Position numbers and translations under genes: made by a program. The notes beneath the pieces were generated by a model. That model saw only the letters and a program-made list of their open reading frames with translations, searched no databases and had not been told where the DNA came from. DNA of 64,000 bases from Geobacteraceae bacterium (lineage in GTDB: Bacteria; Desulfobacterota; Desulfuromonadia; Geobacterales; Pseudopelobacteraceae): the NCBI GenBank assembly GCA_021286935.1, contig JAJTBI010000003.1:13857-77856 (forward strand), written 5' to 3'. Shown here piece by piece: positions 55,501 to 64,000 of this stretch. Numbering within the stretch: position 1 is the stretch's first letter; every line of letters begins with the position of its first letter.

Positions 55501-58500
55501 TTTCGGCAGGGGCTGCTTGTACCGCTACGGTAAATGTAACTTCAACGGCAGTTGGAGGCATCACCAACTATATACCTATCGGCTCGATTCATACCGATCA
55601 AGGGCTTAGCAATATAGGACAGGCCAGCACCAGTTTGACCACTAATAGTAACATCGGGATCGGCAAGCAGTTTACGCCCAACGTGGTTAAGCCGGGCCAG
55701 CGTTCACGGTTGAAAATCACCTTCTATAATCCAACGGCCTTGCCTATGACCAGTCTTGCCGTGACTGATAACCTGCCGGCAGGTGTGACAGTTCCGAGTG
55801 GCGCAAATCCTCTGACAACTTGTGCAGGTGGGACGGTTAGCGCTCCGGTTGCAGATCAGGTGCAGCTCACCGGTGGAACTATCGGGGCAGCCTCCGGTGG
55901 TGTGGCCGCAACCTGTTACGCTGAAATTGATGTGGTGGTTGCGGCCCAGGGTGACTATACCAACACGATTGCTGCTGGCGCTGCAACCGCACTTTCAGGC
56001 GGCTCTCCGGTCAATAATTCGCAACCTGCAAGCGATATCCTGCGGGCAAAATCACCACTTGTGGTGCATAAGGCGATTGCCGGTCAGACCCTGGATGCTG
56101 GTAACCCTGCCCCCTTTACCACCGGAACAGCCACCCGCACGCCGGGAGCTGCGGCAACCATGACGATTCGCCTTGAAAACCCCAATGCTGTTAACCTGAC
56201 TGCTGCTGCTTTCACAGACACTCTACCAACAGGTCTGGTGGTGGCCACAGTCCCCAATGCCAGCACCACCTGTGCCGGTGGTACGGTGACTGCAGTTGCC
56301 TCAGGAACGTCTGTACGTCTTAGCGGGGCAACCATCCCGGCAACAGGCAATTGTACGGTTACGGTAGACCTGCTCTCCAATATCTCCGGCAGCTATACCA
56401 ATAGCATTGCATCAGGCGGTGTCACCACCTTTGAAGGGATCAGCAACGAAGAGCCCACCAGTGCGCAGATTATTGTCTCGAACCCGCCAACGGTCAGCAA
56501 ACAGTTCTCGCCTGCGGTAATACCGCCTAATGGCACATCCACACTGACAATTGTGTTTGGCAACAGCAATGCAAGCGCCATTACCTTGAGCTCGCTATTT
56601 ACTGATACCCTGCCCACCGCGCCGGGCGCCATAGTGGTCGCTGCAATTCCAGCCAAGGCAAATTCTTGCGGTGGTGGTATCGGCGCTGTTACAGCAGTGG
56701 CTGGCGCAGGTACCATTGCCCTGGACAACGGGACTAGCATCCCCGCAGGCGGCTGTACCATCAGTGTTAATGTGACTGGTGCCACGCCGGGTGTCCATAA
56801 CAACAATATTCCGGCCGGCGCTCTGCAAACCAATTCTGGTAACAACCAGCAGCCTGCCAATGCCACCCTGACGGTCAGTACGCTGGGTTATGTGTCCGGC
56901 AAGGTGTTCAAAGATAACAATGTCACCCCGAATGGCACTTTTGAATCCGGCACTGATACATCGATTCAGGGCGTCAGTATTGAACTGCATTCCGGTGCTA
57001 CCTGCGGTGGTGCGCTGGTAAGCTCTACAACAACCGATGTGCTGGGCAATTATCTGTTCTCAGATCTGGCGGCAGGAACTTATTCTATCTGTGAGTCCGT
57101 GCAGCCGAGCGGCACAACCAACGGCATAACCACTGCAGGCGGCATCATCGGCAGCGGTGGCGGCACGCCAGGCACAGCCTCCAACCCGACCAGCACCAGC
57201 AGTCAGATCACCAGTATTGTACTTGGTGCCAACGCAGGCCAGATTGATGGTTCAACCAACAACAATTTCGCTGAAGTGGTTCCTTCGACCATCTCCGGCG
57301 TGGTGTTTAAGGACGAAAACAATAATGGCGTCAAGGATGGCGTTGATACAGCCCTGGCCGCAGTGACCATTGAACTGCAGGATAACGGCGGCACGGTTAT
57401 AGCAACTACCACCACTGCTGCTGATGGCAGCTACAGTTTCAATAACCTTGCGCCAGGCACCTATTCGGTGCGTGAACCGACCCAGCCTGGCGGGACCAGT
57501 AACGGCAAGACGGTTGCCGGTACTGTTGCCAATGGCGGAACAAGTGGGACAGCTACAGGTGTTTTGGTCCTGCCAAGCAGTATCGCCACTATTATCCTGC
57601 CGCCCAATACCACCGCAAGCGGCAACAACTTTGCTGAAATTCCCAATGGCCGCAGGATTTCCGGCTGGCTGTTCCTTGATTACAATAACAACGGGCTGCT
57701 GAATAACCCGCCGGATCACGGGATTGGCGGACAGACGCTTAACCTGACCGGCGTGGATATCAACGGTAACCCCGTGACGGCGACAACTACCACTGCAACT
57801 GATGGCAGCTACAGCTTTACCGGTCTGCCGGAAGGCACCTATGCGGTGGCCCAGCCCAATCAACCAGCTGGAACCACCAATGGCACAACAACGGTCGGCA
57901 GTACCGGAGGAGCAGCGACTGCGGTGGGGGATGTACCGTCAGAGATATCAGGCATCAGCCTGGTTGGCGTTAATACCGTATCTGCAGAAAATAATTTTGC
58001 CGAACAACCCGGTGCAGCGCCTGACCTGACCATTACCAAGAGCCACAGTCCGGCAAACTTCGCCTCCAGTAGCAGCACCGGTTATTACACCATTACCCCT
58101 GGAAATATCGGTACGGTAGCCACCAGCGGTCTTGTTGCCGTTGTGGACACGCTGCCGGCAGGTATGACCGTGGCTGCTGTTGCAACCGGAACCGGTTGGA
58201 GTTGTTCCGGGGCTGTAGGGGCAACCGTGGTTACCTGTACCAGCAGTACATCTATAGGTGCCGGTGCTACTGGAAATCCAATTACCCTAAGGGTTACTGT
58301 AGGTGCTGGCTTTGACGGTCAGATATTAACCAATACAGCGGTTATTTCCGGTGGTGGAGAACCAGCAGGTTTTGATGGCAACAACACGGCCATTGATCCA
58401 ACCGCGATTGCCGGTGCTGCCAGCCTGAGCGGTACTGCCTGGTTGGATATTAATCATAACCGTGTGCTGGATGGTGGTGAACCACGCTTGCCCGGCTGGC

Positions 58501-60182
58501 GTGTGGATCTGCAGCTGAACGGTGTTCTGGTTGCTACTGCAACGACTGATGCAAACGGTGCCTATTCATTTACCGGTTTGGCGCCGGGAACAGGGTATCA
58601 GGTGCTGTTCCGTCACCCGACGACTGGTCTGGTGTATGGTCTGGCTGTTCCAAACGAAACGGCAACGGCATTCACCTCTGGTGTGGTGAGTGTAGCCAAC
58701 CCGGCAGGTGCAGTGACCACTGATGGTACACTGAATAGCCTGACGCTTAATCCTGGCGCGAATATAGTGCAACAGAGCCTGCCGGTTGATCCATCCGGCG
58801 TGGTGTATAACTCGATTACCCGTGCCCCTGTTGCAGGCGCTACAGTTGCTATCAGCGGCCCTGGTGGTTTTAATCCGGCGATCCATCTTGTGGGAGGTGC
58901 CGCCAACCAGAGCCAGACCACTGATGCTACCGGTTTCTACCAGTTCCTTTTGCTGGGCGGTGCTCCTGCTGGAACCTATACTCTTGCGGTAACTCCGCCA
59001 GCTTCATACATGCCTGGTCCCTCTACCATCATACCACCTACCGCTGGTCCTTTTAATCCAGGGGCAGGCCCAGGCAATGTGGCAATACAGGGGCAGGCCA
59101 CTGCGCCAAGTGGTGCTCAGACCACCACTTATTATCTGACATTCACCCTTTCCGGTGCTTCTGCCGGCGTGGTTAACAACCACCTGCCGATCGACCCGAT
59201 CCTGGGTGGGGCGATCTTTGTGACCAAGACCACCCCCAAGGTGAATGTGCCCCGTGGTGATCTGGTACCGTACACCATTCAGGCCCGTAACACCCTCTCT
59301 GCCAGTATTCCAAATATTGACCTGATCGATGAGCTGCCGCCAGGCTTCAAGTATCGCAGCGGCAGCGCACGCCTGAACGGCGTGGCAATTGAGCCGCAGG
59401 CCAGCGGCAGGGTGATGCGTTGGCCTAACCTGACCTTTGCCCCTAATGAGACCAAGACCCTGACCCTGGTGCTGGTGGTTGGTTCCGGTGTGGGTGACGG
59501 CGAGTATGTCAACCGGGCCTGGGCGCTGAACAATCTGGTGAACAGCGCGGTTTCCAACGTGGCCACGGCCACGGTCAAGGTGGTGCCTGATCCGACCTTT
59601 GACTGCACCGATATCATCGGCAAGGTCTTTGATGATCAGAATGCCAACGGGTACCAGGATGGCGGTGAGCCGGGCATTCCCAATATACGGGTCGCCACTG
59701 CCAAGGGCTGGCTGGTGACTACCGATGCAGAAGGACGGTTCCATGTGCCCTGTGCAATCGTCCCCCAGATGGATCGTGGTTCAAACTTCATCATGAAACT
59801 GGATGAGCGGACCCTGCCCAGCGGCTTCCGGGTCACCACCGAGAACCCCCGTGTTGTCCGGGCTACCCGCGGCAAGATGGTGAAGCTGAACTTTGGTGCA
59901 ACCATTCACCGGGTGGTGCGGGTTGAGGTGAGCGCCGAGGCGTTTGAAAAGGATTCTGTTGAACTGAAAGTGGAGTGGAAGAAACGCTTTGAAGCGTTGC
60001 CCGAACAGTTGCGGTCGCGGCCCAGCGTGGTCCGGCTGGTGTTCCGTCAGAGCGTGAAGGATGAGGCAAAGGCCAAAGAACGATTGAAGGAATTGACCAG
60101 TCTGCTGCGACGAAAATGGGAGGCGCTGGACGAAGAGTACCCACTCTCGATTGAAGATGAACTGCTGGAGGTGGCGAAATGA
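52527..60182 (+). CDS. Giant exported repeat protein (DUF11/isopeptide-type and SdrD-B-like domains), probable surface adhesin
   Basis: Signal peptide from the ATG at 52527; about 10 tandem domains opening with xxSKxF and containing DxLP, a Cys pair and xNxI; SGxVFxDxNxNG SdrD-B-like domains; C-terminal CTDIIGKVFDDQNANG module. Confidence 0.9.
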   Translation: MRRKLLAHLSTLFTMLVLIFTLSGVAWSAMGASVTLVDVVNLSNIYPGQITELKITLSNNATSAITGVAFSNSLPGTLPNGLKVAGAYTYTCYDPSGPSTNPGSGTLTAAVGTQAISLSNGVIPAHSGSNDGYCTIVVPVTAGTSTGNAVTYTYTIGDGAVIGNDGVAVANSGAVEQGINVLALSKPTISKSFGSSTLYLGGTATTLTITLNNSNSVPITGVSLNDHNFPTAGGTAIIEVATPPSATNTCGGTFSPSSGETSLSLSGATIPANSSCAISVQVSGKQTNGSYSVSGNNIILASDLDNDIHIPAFGNVSTGITVVSPLGVSKSFSPGSPASLAGGQSGSLTITLSNSGTSALAITSFTDSPIDGISDATSSTGLVVTSTANTCSGTASAVQVNGINQGVTLTGGTIPAGGSCTVTVNFTANTQAANTPYTYTNLITAGAVDVGNPAIVSQNTSATILVSDTLRVTKTNYSSSPRPGNPVQYSITVQNWSSLDMSNVLIQDTLPANITYLTGTINGTNYSPTLSGTGCSGLTTSNVLGNSALAFTVGTVPHRTGDSTPGACTVTFYGMVSATAPNGLSTVNSVSSVCTNNGGGICYEGDPAVSANSAVNTTMMSASKTFDGVTSKTKPEGVVSTLKITLSNYSVNALTNASISDTLPTSGSGQLRIANPANAATTCGGSYTITADPASTSIAMNGATVPGRNSSGGVVGAGTAGTCFLQVDVVGPAGVYNNTATTAGTVTYADNSTGTVSATSNTATLTYTSALSATKSFNPAAVSSGGTSTVTVHLSNTSAAALSGVSVIDPLPTGMVVAPTPHAYTTCAGSTSVTAVAGQGNGTGSVSMTGADIAGFGSCDFVFDVVATGSANWVNTIHAGEITANGNVSNQTAVVGTLNYNVPNNPTVAKATNPSTLTFPGQVSQLTITITNGTQAVTNLRLTDYFTSNGTSGGAANGMVIAATPAASTTCAGGIITAAPGGASVSLSGVALSAGAACTATVNVTSTAVGGITNYIPIGSIHTDQGLSNIGQASTSLTTNSNIGIGKQFTPNVVKPGQRSRLKITFYNPTALPMTSLAVTDNLPAGVTVPSGANPLTTCAGGTVSAPVADQVQLTGGTIGAASGGVAATCYAEIDVVVAAQGDYTNTIAAGAATALSGGSPVNNSQPASDILRAKSPLVVHKAIAGQTLDAGNPAPFTTGTATRTPGAAATMTIRLENPNAVNLTAAAFTDTLPTGLVVATVPNASTTCAGGTVTAVASGTSVRLSGATIPATGNCTVTVDLLSNISGSYTNSIASGGVTTFEGISNEEPTSAQIIVSNPPTVSKQFSPAVIPPNGTSTLTIVFGNSNASAITLSSLFTDTLPTAPGAIVVAAIPAKANSCGGGIGAVTAVAGAGTIALDNGTSIPAGGCTISVNVTGATPGVHNNNIPAGALQTNSGNNQQPANATLTVSTLGYVSGKVFKDNNVTPNGTFESGTDTSIQGVSIELHSGATCGGALVSSTTTDVLGNYLFSDLAAGTYSICESVQPSGTTNGITTAGGIIGSGGGTPGTASNPTSTSSQITSIVLGANAGQIDGSTNNNFAEVVPSTISGVVFKDENNNGVKDGVDTALAAVTIELQDNGGTVIATTTTAADGSYSFNNLAPGTYSVREPTQPGGTSNGKTVAGTVANGGTSGTATGVLVLPSSIATIILPPNTTASGNNFAEIPNGRRISGWLFLDYNNNGLLNNPPDHGIGGQTLNLTGVDINGNPVTATTTTATDGSYSFTGLPEGTYAVAQPNQPAGTTNGTTTVGSTGGAATAVGDVPSEISGISLVGVNTVSAENNFAEQPGAAPDLTITKSHSPANFASSSSTGYYTITPGNIGTVATSGLVAVVDTLPAGMTVAAVATGTGWSCSGAVGATVVTCTSSTSIGAGATGNPITLRVTVGAGFDGQILTNTAVISGGGEPAGFDGNNTAIDPTAIAGAASLSGTAWLDINHNRVLDGGEPRLPGWRVDLQLNGVLVATATTDANGAYSFTGLAPGTGYQVLFRHPTTGLVYGLAVPNETATAFTSGVVSVANPAGAVTTDGTLNSLTLNPGANIVQQSLPVDPSGVVYNSITRAPVAGATVAISGPGGFNPAIHLVGGAANQSQTTDATGFYQFLLLGGAPAGTYTLAVTPPASYMPGPSTIIPPTAGPFNPGAGPGNVAIQGQATAPSGAQTTTYYLTFTLSGASAGVVNNHLPIDPILGGAIFVTKTTPKVNVPRGDLVPYTIQARNTLSASIPNIDLIDELPPGFKYRSGSARLNGVAIEPQASGRVMRWPNLTFAPNETKTLTLVLVVGSGVGDGEYVNRAWALNNLVNSAVSNVATATVKVVPDPTFDCTDIIGKVFDDQNANGYQDGGEPGIPNIRVATAKGWLVTTDAEGRFHVPCAIVPQMDRGSNFIMKLDERTLPSGFRVTTENPRVVRATRGKMVKLNFGATIHRVVRVEVSAEAFEKDSVELKVEWKKRFEALPEQLRSRPSVVRLVFRQSVKDEAKAKERLKELTSLLRRKWEALDEEYPLSIEDELLEVAK

Positions 60183-63100
60183 AAACCATCTTCCACAGAA
60201 CACTGCTAACAATAACATTGGCCCTGTTGTGCAGCCTGTTCATGCTGACTGCTGCGTCAGCTGAACGGTACTTTATTCAGGTGGGCGCCTATGCCCAGCA
60301 ACAGTATGTAGATGAAGAGCTGGTCAAGCTGGAGAAGAAGGGGGTCAAGGCAGCATCGGGCAGGACGGTGCATGGTCTGACCAGTGTTTTCTTTGGTGAT
60401 TTTTCCAGTAGGTCTGCCGCCAGCAAAGAAGCGCTAGGCATGAAAAAGGCTGGCCAGCTTGAAGAGTACGTAATTATACCGGAAAGTGAACTTGTTAAGC
60501 CGCCAGCCACCTTTGATCAGAGCGGTAAGCGGGTGGATGACAGCAGAACCTACCTTGAGTTTCTGCCACCCAGCAGTGAACGGGCAACACCGTTTGGCGC
60601 ATCATTGCCCGGTTCGGTCTTTATGCCCCGCAGCCAGAAGACAACGGCTGTTGCCCCGGTGGCGTCCGCTGCCACCCCGGTGACGGTAGCAACATCCGCT
60701 GAAGCGGCGAAGCCGGCGACACCGCCTGTTGCAGCAGCAGCTTCGGCACAAAAGGCTGCTGCTGCACAAGCTACCCCGGTTATTCCGGCCCCCAAAGTGG
60801 TGGCCCGGATGGGTGATACCATGACCGGAGCCCTGTTTGAGTCCGGCAAGGATCGTCTGTTGCCCGCTGCGATCAAACACCTTGATCAGATTGTGGCCCG
60901 CTTGAAGGGCAAGCAGCAGATCCGGATTGAGGTAGTGGGGCATACCGATAACGTGCGGATCGCAGCAAAGACCAGAAAACTGTTTGCCAACAATCAGGTC
61001 CTGTCTGAGGCCCGCGCCGCTGCAGTGGCCCGTTATCTTCAGAAGGCACTGGGGGTGCCGGATACTGCGGTTGCCAGCAGTGGCAGAGGTGAGTCGGTGC
61101 CGATTGCCGATAACCGTTCCGAGGCGGGACGTGCCCGGAACCGCCGGACTGAGATAGCGATCTGGTATGAAGATGAACAGGAACCGACTGCACAGCAGCC
61201 GAAGCAGCAGGCAGCGGTTGCTGTGCCGGTGCCTCCGGCTCCGGCAGCAGCAAAACCGGCGACGTTGCCGGTTCCAGCGCCTGCGGTTGCCAAACCTGCG
61301 CCTCTGCAGCCTCCGGTCGGACCGCGCGTTGTGCCGCCAGCCCCTCCGCGGGGACCGTGCGGTGTAGCAGGTCCTTCAGATATCAACAATCTTCCGTTCC
61401 GTATTACCGTAGATGGCCAGCCGGTTGGTAAGGATAACCTGATGCCTGAGGCGGATCGTCAGCGTTGCGTTGACGTTGCCCTGGAAAAGAACGATATCCA
61501 GATCCGCTTTGATCCGCTGGAGGCAAAACCGGCTCTGAATACCTGGTCCTATCCCGATGGCGTGGTGCGTGGCGAAACAGTTGAATTTGGCGCCTATGCC
61601 AACTATCAGGCCTGGATCAAGAATGCAGAGATCAGGGTATTTGTCGGCAAACGCCCCACTGCCAAGCCGCTTGCGGTTATCCCGGCCAAGTGGGACGGCA
61701 TGGCACGCTGGACGCCGCCTATGGATGCCCCGGAAGAGATGGTCTTTCTGTTGCGGGTCTATGATCGTTCCGGACGTTTTGATGAAACAGCGGTCAAGCC
61801 GTTGCGCCTGCTGGACAAGGCTCGCCCCCATAAGGATATCGATACGCCGGAACGAGAGCGGTTGATTGGCTGGGGCCAGGATTCCCGCGCCCTGGCGACT
61901 ATACCGGTACATGGCGGCACCGTGACCGTCAACGGCAAGGAAATCCGCCCTGGTCAGCGGGTTGAAAGCCTTGGCACGGTGGTCCCGGTGGATAAGGACG
62001 GTAAGTTTGCCGTGCGCCAGATTCTGCCTGCCGGTCCCCATACGGTAACGGTGGCGGTCACTGATCCTGACGGCAGCAAGGCAACCTTCTCCCGTAATCT
62101 GACCATTGCGGATCAGGACTGGTTCTATGTGGCTATCGGTGATCTAACCGTGGGGCAGAACCACACTAGCGGTCCGGCCGCGTTGGTAAATGCTGATACC
62201 AAGCATTATGATGCCAAAACCTATGTGGATGGACGGGGAGCCTTTTATCTGAAAGGCCTGATCAAGGGTGAGTACCTGCTGACTGCTGCTGCCGATACCG
62301 GTGAGCAGCCGGTTGAAGACCTGTTCCGTAATTTTACCTCCAAAGATCCCCGCTATTTGCTGCGTCGTATTGATGCTGACCGCTACTATCCGGTCTATGG
62401 TGACGACAGTACCTTGGTTGAGGATGCCCCTACCTACGGCAAATTCTATGTCCGTTTGGAACGTGGTGACTCCCAGATCATGTGGGGTAATTTCCAGACC
62501 CAGTGGACCGGCACTGAGTTGACCCAGTTCAGCCGTGCGCTGTACGGTGCCCAATTGAAACTCAAGAGTACCGACATCACCTCATTCGGTGAGAAGAAGT
62601 TCGATCTGAGCGCCTTTGCTGCTGAACCGGGCACCCTGCAATCCCGTGATGAATTCCGTGGTACCGGTGGGTCGCTCTACTATCTGCGGCATCTTGATAT
62701 TACCCAGGGGTCTGAAAATATCTGGGTTGAGGTACGTGACAAGGATTCCGGTCTGGTGCTGGAGCGTAAACAGCTGGTGCCTGCCCAGGATTACGAGATG
62801 AACTATCTGCAGGGACGATTGCTGTTGAACAGCCCGCTTTCCAGTGTCAGTGGCAGTGGTTCCTGGATCTCTACGGCCAATCTGTCCGGCAATCCGATGT
62901 ATCTGGTGACCACCTACGAATATGTGCCGGGAGTCACCGCGGTTGATGGCTATTCCCTTGGTTTCCAGGGGCGTTGGTGGATGGGTGATTACCTGCGGTT
63001 GGGGGTGACCGGATTCCGGCAGGGGGAAAATGAGCAGCAGCAACGCCTTGGTGGTGTTGATGTGATGGCACGCTATACCCAGAACACCTACCTCAAGGCT

Positions 63101-64000
63101 GAGATAGCCCGTTCAGAAGGGCCGGGGGCAGGCCAGCAGAATTCAGTTGATGGTGGTTTTGCCTACAGCAGTTCTGCAACCGTTGGCGACAAGGCTAATG
63201 CCAAGCGGGTTGAGGCACAGGTGGATCTGAACGATCTGGCTGCAGGCGCCCAGGGTAAGGCCAGTGTGTACTGGCAGGATAAGGACAAAGGATTCTCCGG
63301 TCCCGGTCAGATCAGCGCCTCAAGTGAGGCGGAGCGCAAGCAGGGCGGACGTATCACTGCTCCTGTTGTCCCAGGTGTGGATGCTGACGTAAAGGTTGAT
63401 GATCGTCAGGCAGACTCTCAAACCGCTCGCAGTGTTGAAGGCACCATCAGCTGGCAGATGTTGCCGGAATGGCAGCTGGGGCTTGCTACTCGCCATGATG
63501 ACCGCTGGACCGCCGTTGCCAATGCCAGTTCAATTCTGTCGGAAAACGGCGAGCGGACCGATATCCAGGGCCGTGTACATTATAAGCCGCTGACTGTCGG
63601 GAAAGATGGTAAGCCGCAGCCCGGCAACTGGGACCTGTATGGCTTTCTGCAAGGTACAGCGGAGAAAACCGGAAACCGCAGCGATAATGACCGCGGTGGT
63701 CTGGGGGGCGGCTGGCAGGTGACTGACCGGTTCCGACTGAATGCCGAGGTCTCTGGTGGCGATGGTGGTATGGGCGGTCTGTTGGGCGGTGATTACCGGG
63801 TTAACGATCGTAGTAACGTCTACCTGACCTACAGTATGGAATCACAACGTCCTGATACCAATGCCCGTGGCCGTTACAGCACGGCGGTAACCGGTACCAA
63901 GTACCGGATTAGTGATGAGATGGCAATCTATGGCGAAACCAAGGCAACCAGTGGGGCCGGATCAGAAAGTCTGGTGAATGCCTTTGGTCTTGATCTGTCC
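60179..64000 (+). CDS. Large SPOR plus OmpA-like plus probable beta-barrel outer-membrane protein (3' end outside the window)
   Basis: Not in the ORF track because no stop falls in the window. ATGA overlap with the adhesin stop. Manual translation gives MKTIFHRTLL signal, YFIQVGAY (SPOR), VVGHTDN/LSEARA/RNRRTEI (OmpA), GAFYLKGLIKGEYLLT and RYYPVYGDDST. The frame was open wherever spot-checked, up to the window end. Confidence 0.88.
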   Translation, partial: MKTIFHRTLLTITLALLCSLFMLTAASAERYFIQVGAYAQQQYVDEELVKLEKKGVKAASGRTVHGLTSVFFGDFSSRSAASKEALGMKKAGQLEEYVIIPESELVKPPATFDQSGKRVDDSRTYLEFLPPSSERATPFGASLPGSVFMPRSQKTTAVAPVASAATPVTVATSAEAAKPATPPVAAAASAQKAAAAQATPVIPAPKVVARMGDTMTGALFESGKDRLLPAAIKHLDQIVARLKGKQQIRIEVVGHTDNVRIAAKTRKLFANNQVLSEARAAAVARYLQKALGVPDTAVASSGRGESVPIADNRSEAGRARNRRTEIAIWYEDEQEPTAQQPKQQAAVAVPVPPAPAAAKPATLPVPAPAVAKPAPLQPPVGPRVVPPAPPRGPCGVAGPSDINNLPFRITVDGQPVGKDNLMPEADRQRCVDVALEKNDIQIRFDPLEAKPALNTWSYPDGVVRGETVEFGAYANYQAWIKNAEIRVFVGKRPTAKPLAVIPAKWDGMARWTPPMDAPEEMVFLLRVYDRSGRFDETAVKPLRLLDKARPHKDIDTPERERLIGWGQDSRALATIPVHGGTVTVNGKEIRPGQRVESLGTVVPVDKDGKFAVRQILPAGPHTVTVAVTDPDGSKATFSRNLTIADQDWFYVAIGDLTVGQNHTSGPAALVNADTKHYDAKTYVDGRGAFYLKGLIKGEYLLTAAADTGEQPVEDLFRNFTSKDPRYLLRRIDADRYYPVYGDDSTLVEDAPTYGKFYVRLERGDSQIMWGNFQTQWTGTELTQFSRALYGAQLKLKSTDITSFGEKKFDLSAFAAEPGTLQSRDEFRGTGGSLYYLRHLDITQGSENIWVEVRDKDSGLVLERKQLVPAQDYEMNYLQGRLLLNSPLSSVSGSGSWISTANLSGNPMYLVTTYEYVPGVTAVDGYSLGFQGRWWMGDYLRLGVTGFRQGENEQQQRLGGVDVMARYTQNTYLKAEIARSEGPGAGQQNSVDGGFAYSSSATVGDKANAKRVEAQVDLNDLAAGAQGKASVYWQDKDKGFSGPGQISASSEAERKQGGRITAPVVPGVDADVKVDDRQADSQTARSVEGTISWQMLPEWQLGLATRHDDRWTAVANASSILSENGERTDIQGRVHYKPLTVGKDGKPQPGNWDLYGFLQGTAEKTGNRSDNDRGGLGGGWQVTDRFRLNAEVSGGDGGMGGLLGGDYRVNDRSNVYLTYSMESQRPDTNARGRYSTAVTGTKYRISDEMAIYGETKATSGAGSESLVNAFGLDLS

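Noticed and set aside
113-63593. The many short or antisense ORFs in the six-frame track (e.g. 1900-2832, 32367-33320, 53373-54200)
   Set aside because: They shadow well-supported genes, lack motifs and SD sites, and are expected in GC-rich coding DNA.
1-64000. tRNA, rRNA, integrase or prophage genes
   Set aside because: None recognisable by eye; a tRNAscan/Infernal run would be needed to exclude them formally.

Overview
A fully chromosomal-looking bacterial window, probably from a Geobacteraceae-type deltaproteobacterium (inference from gene content). I found no rRNA, tRNA, CRISPR array, transposase or prophage genes. It has four blocks. (1) 1-12.8 kb is a potassium-homeostasis island. It contains kdpA (broken by a frameshift), kdpB and kdpC, a PII-like gene, a predicted outer-membrane barrel, kdpDE, a KimA-like APC transporter preceded by five helically phased CTTGA repeats, and kup under a c-di-AMP (ydaO/yuaA) riboswitch. 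(2) 13-32 kb is mixed housekeeping and signalling: pilT, a PilB/GspE paralogue with a degenerate Walker A, a PP-loop enzyme, DUF116-fmt-def, HDOD, TPR, a GH13 enzyme, mnmA, moeB/thiF, a REC-PAS-GGDEF cyclase, DUF362 and dksA. (3) 32.3-44.6 kb is a complete pelA-G exopolysaccharide operon in which PelB is split over two genes. (4) 45.6-64 kb is the best candidate for an undescribed system. It comprises a LysM-FecR-FN3 membrane protein, a CHASE2 histidine kinase, an OmpR-type regulator, OmpA, a 2.5k-aa surface protein of DUF11/isopeptide-type and SdrD-B-like repeats, and a translationally coupled SPOR-OmpA-large-barrel protein that runs off the window and is missing from the ORF track. Three related ~120 bp palindromic repeats sit immediately after stop codons. 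All family calls come from motif recognition by eye, not database searches.
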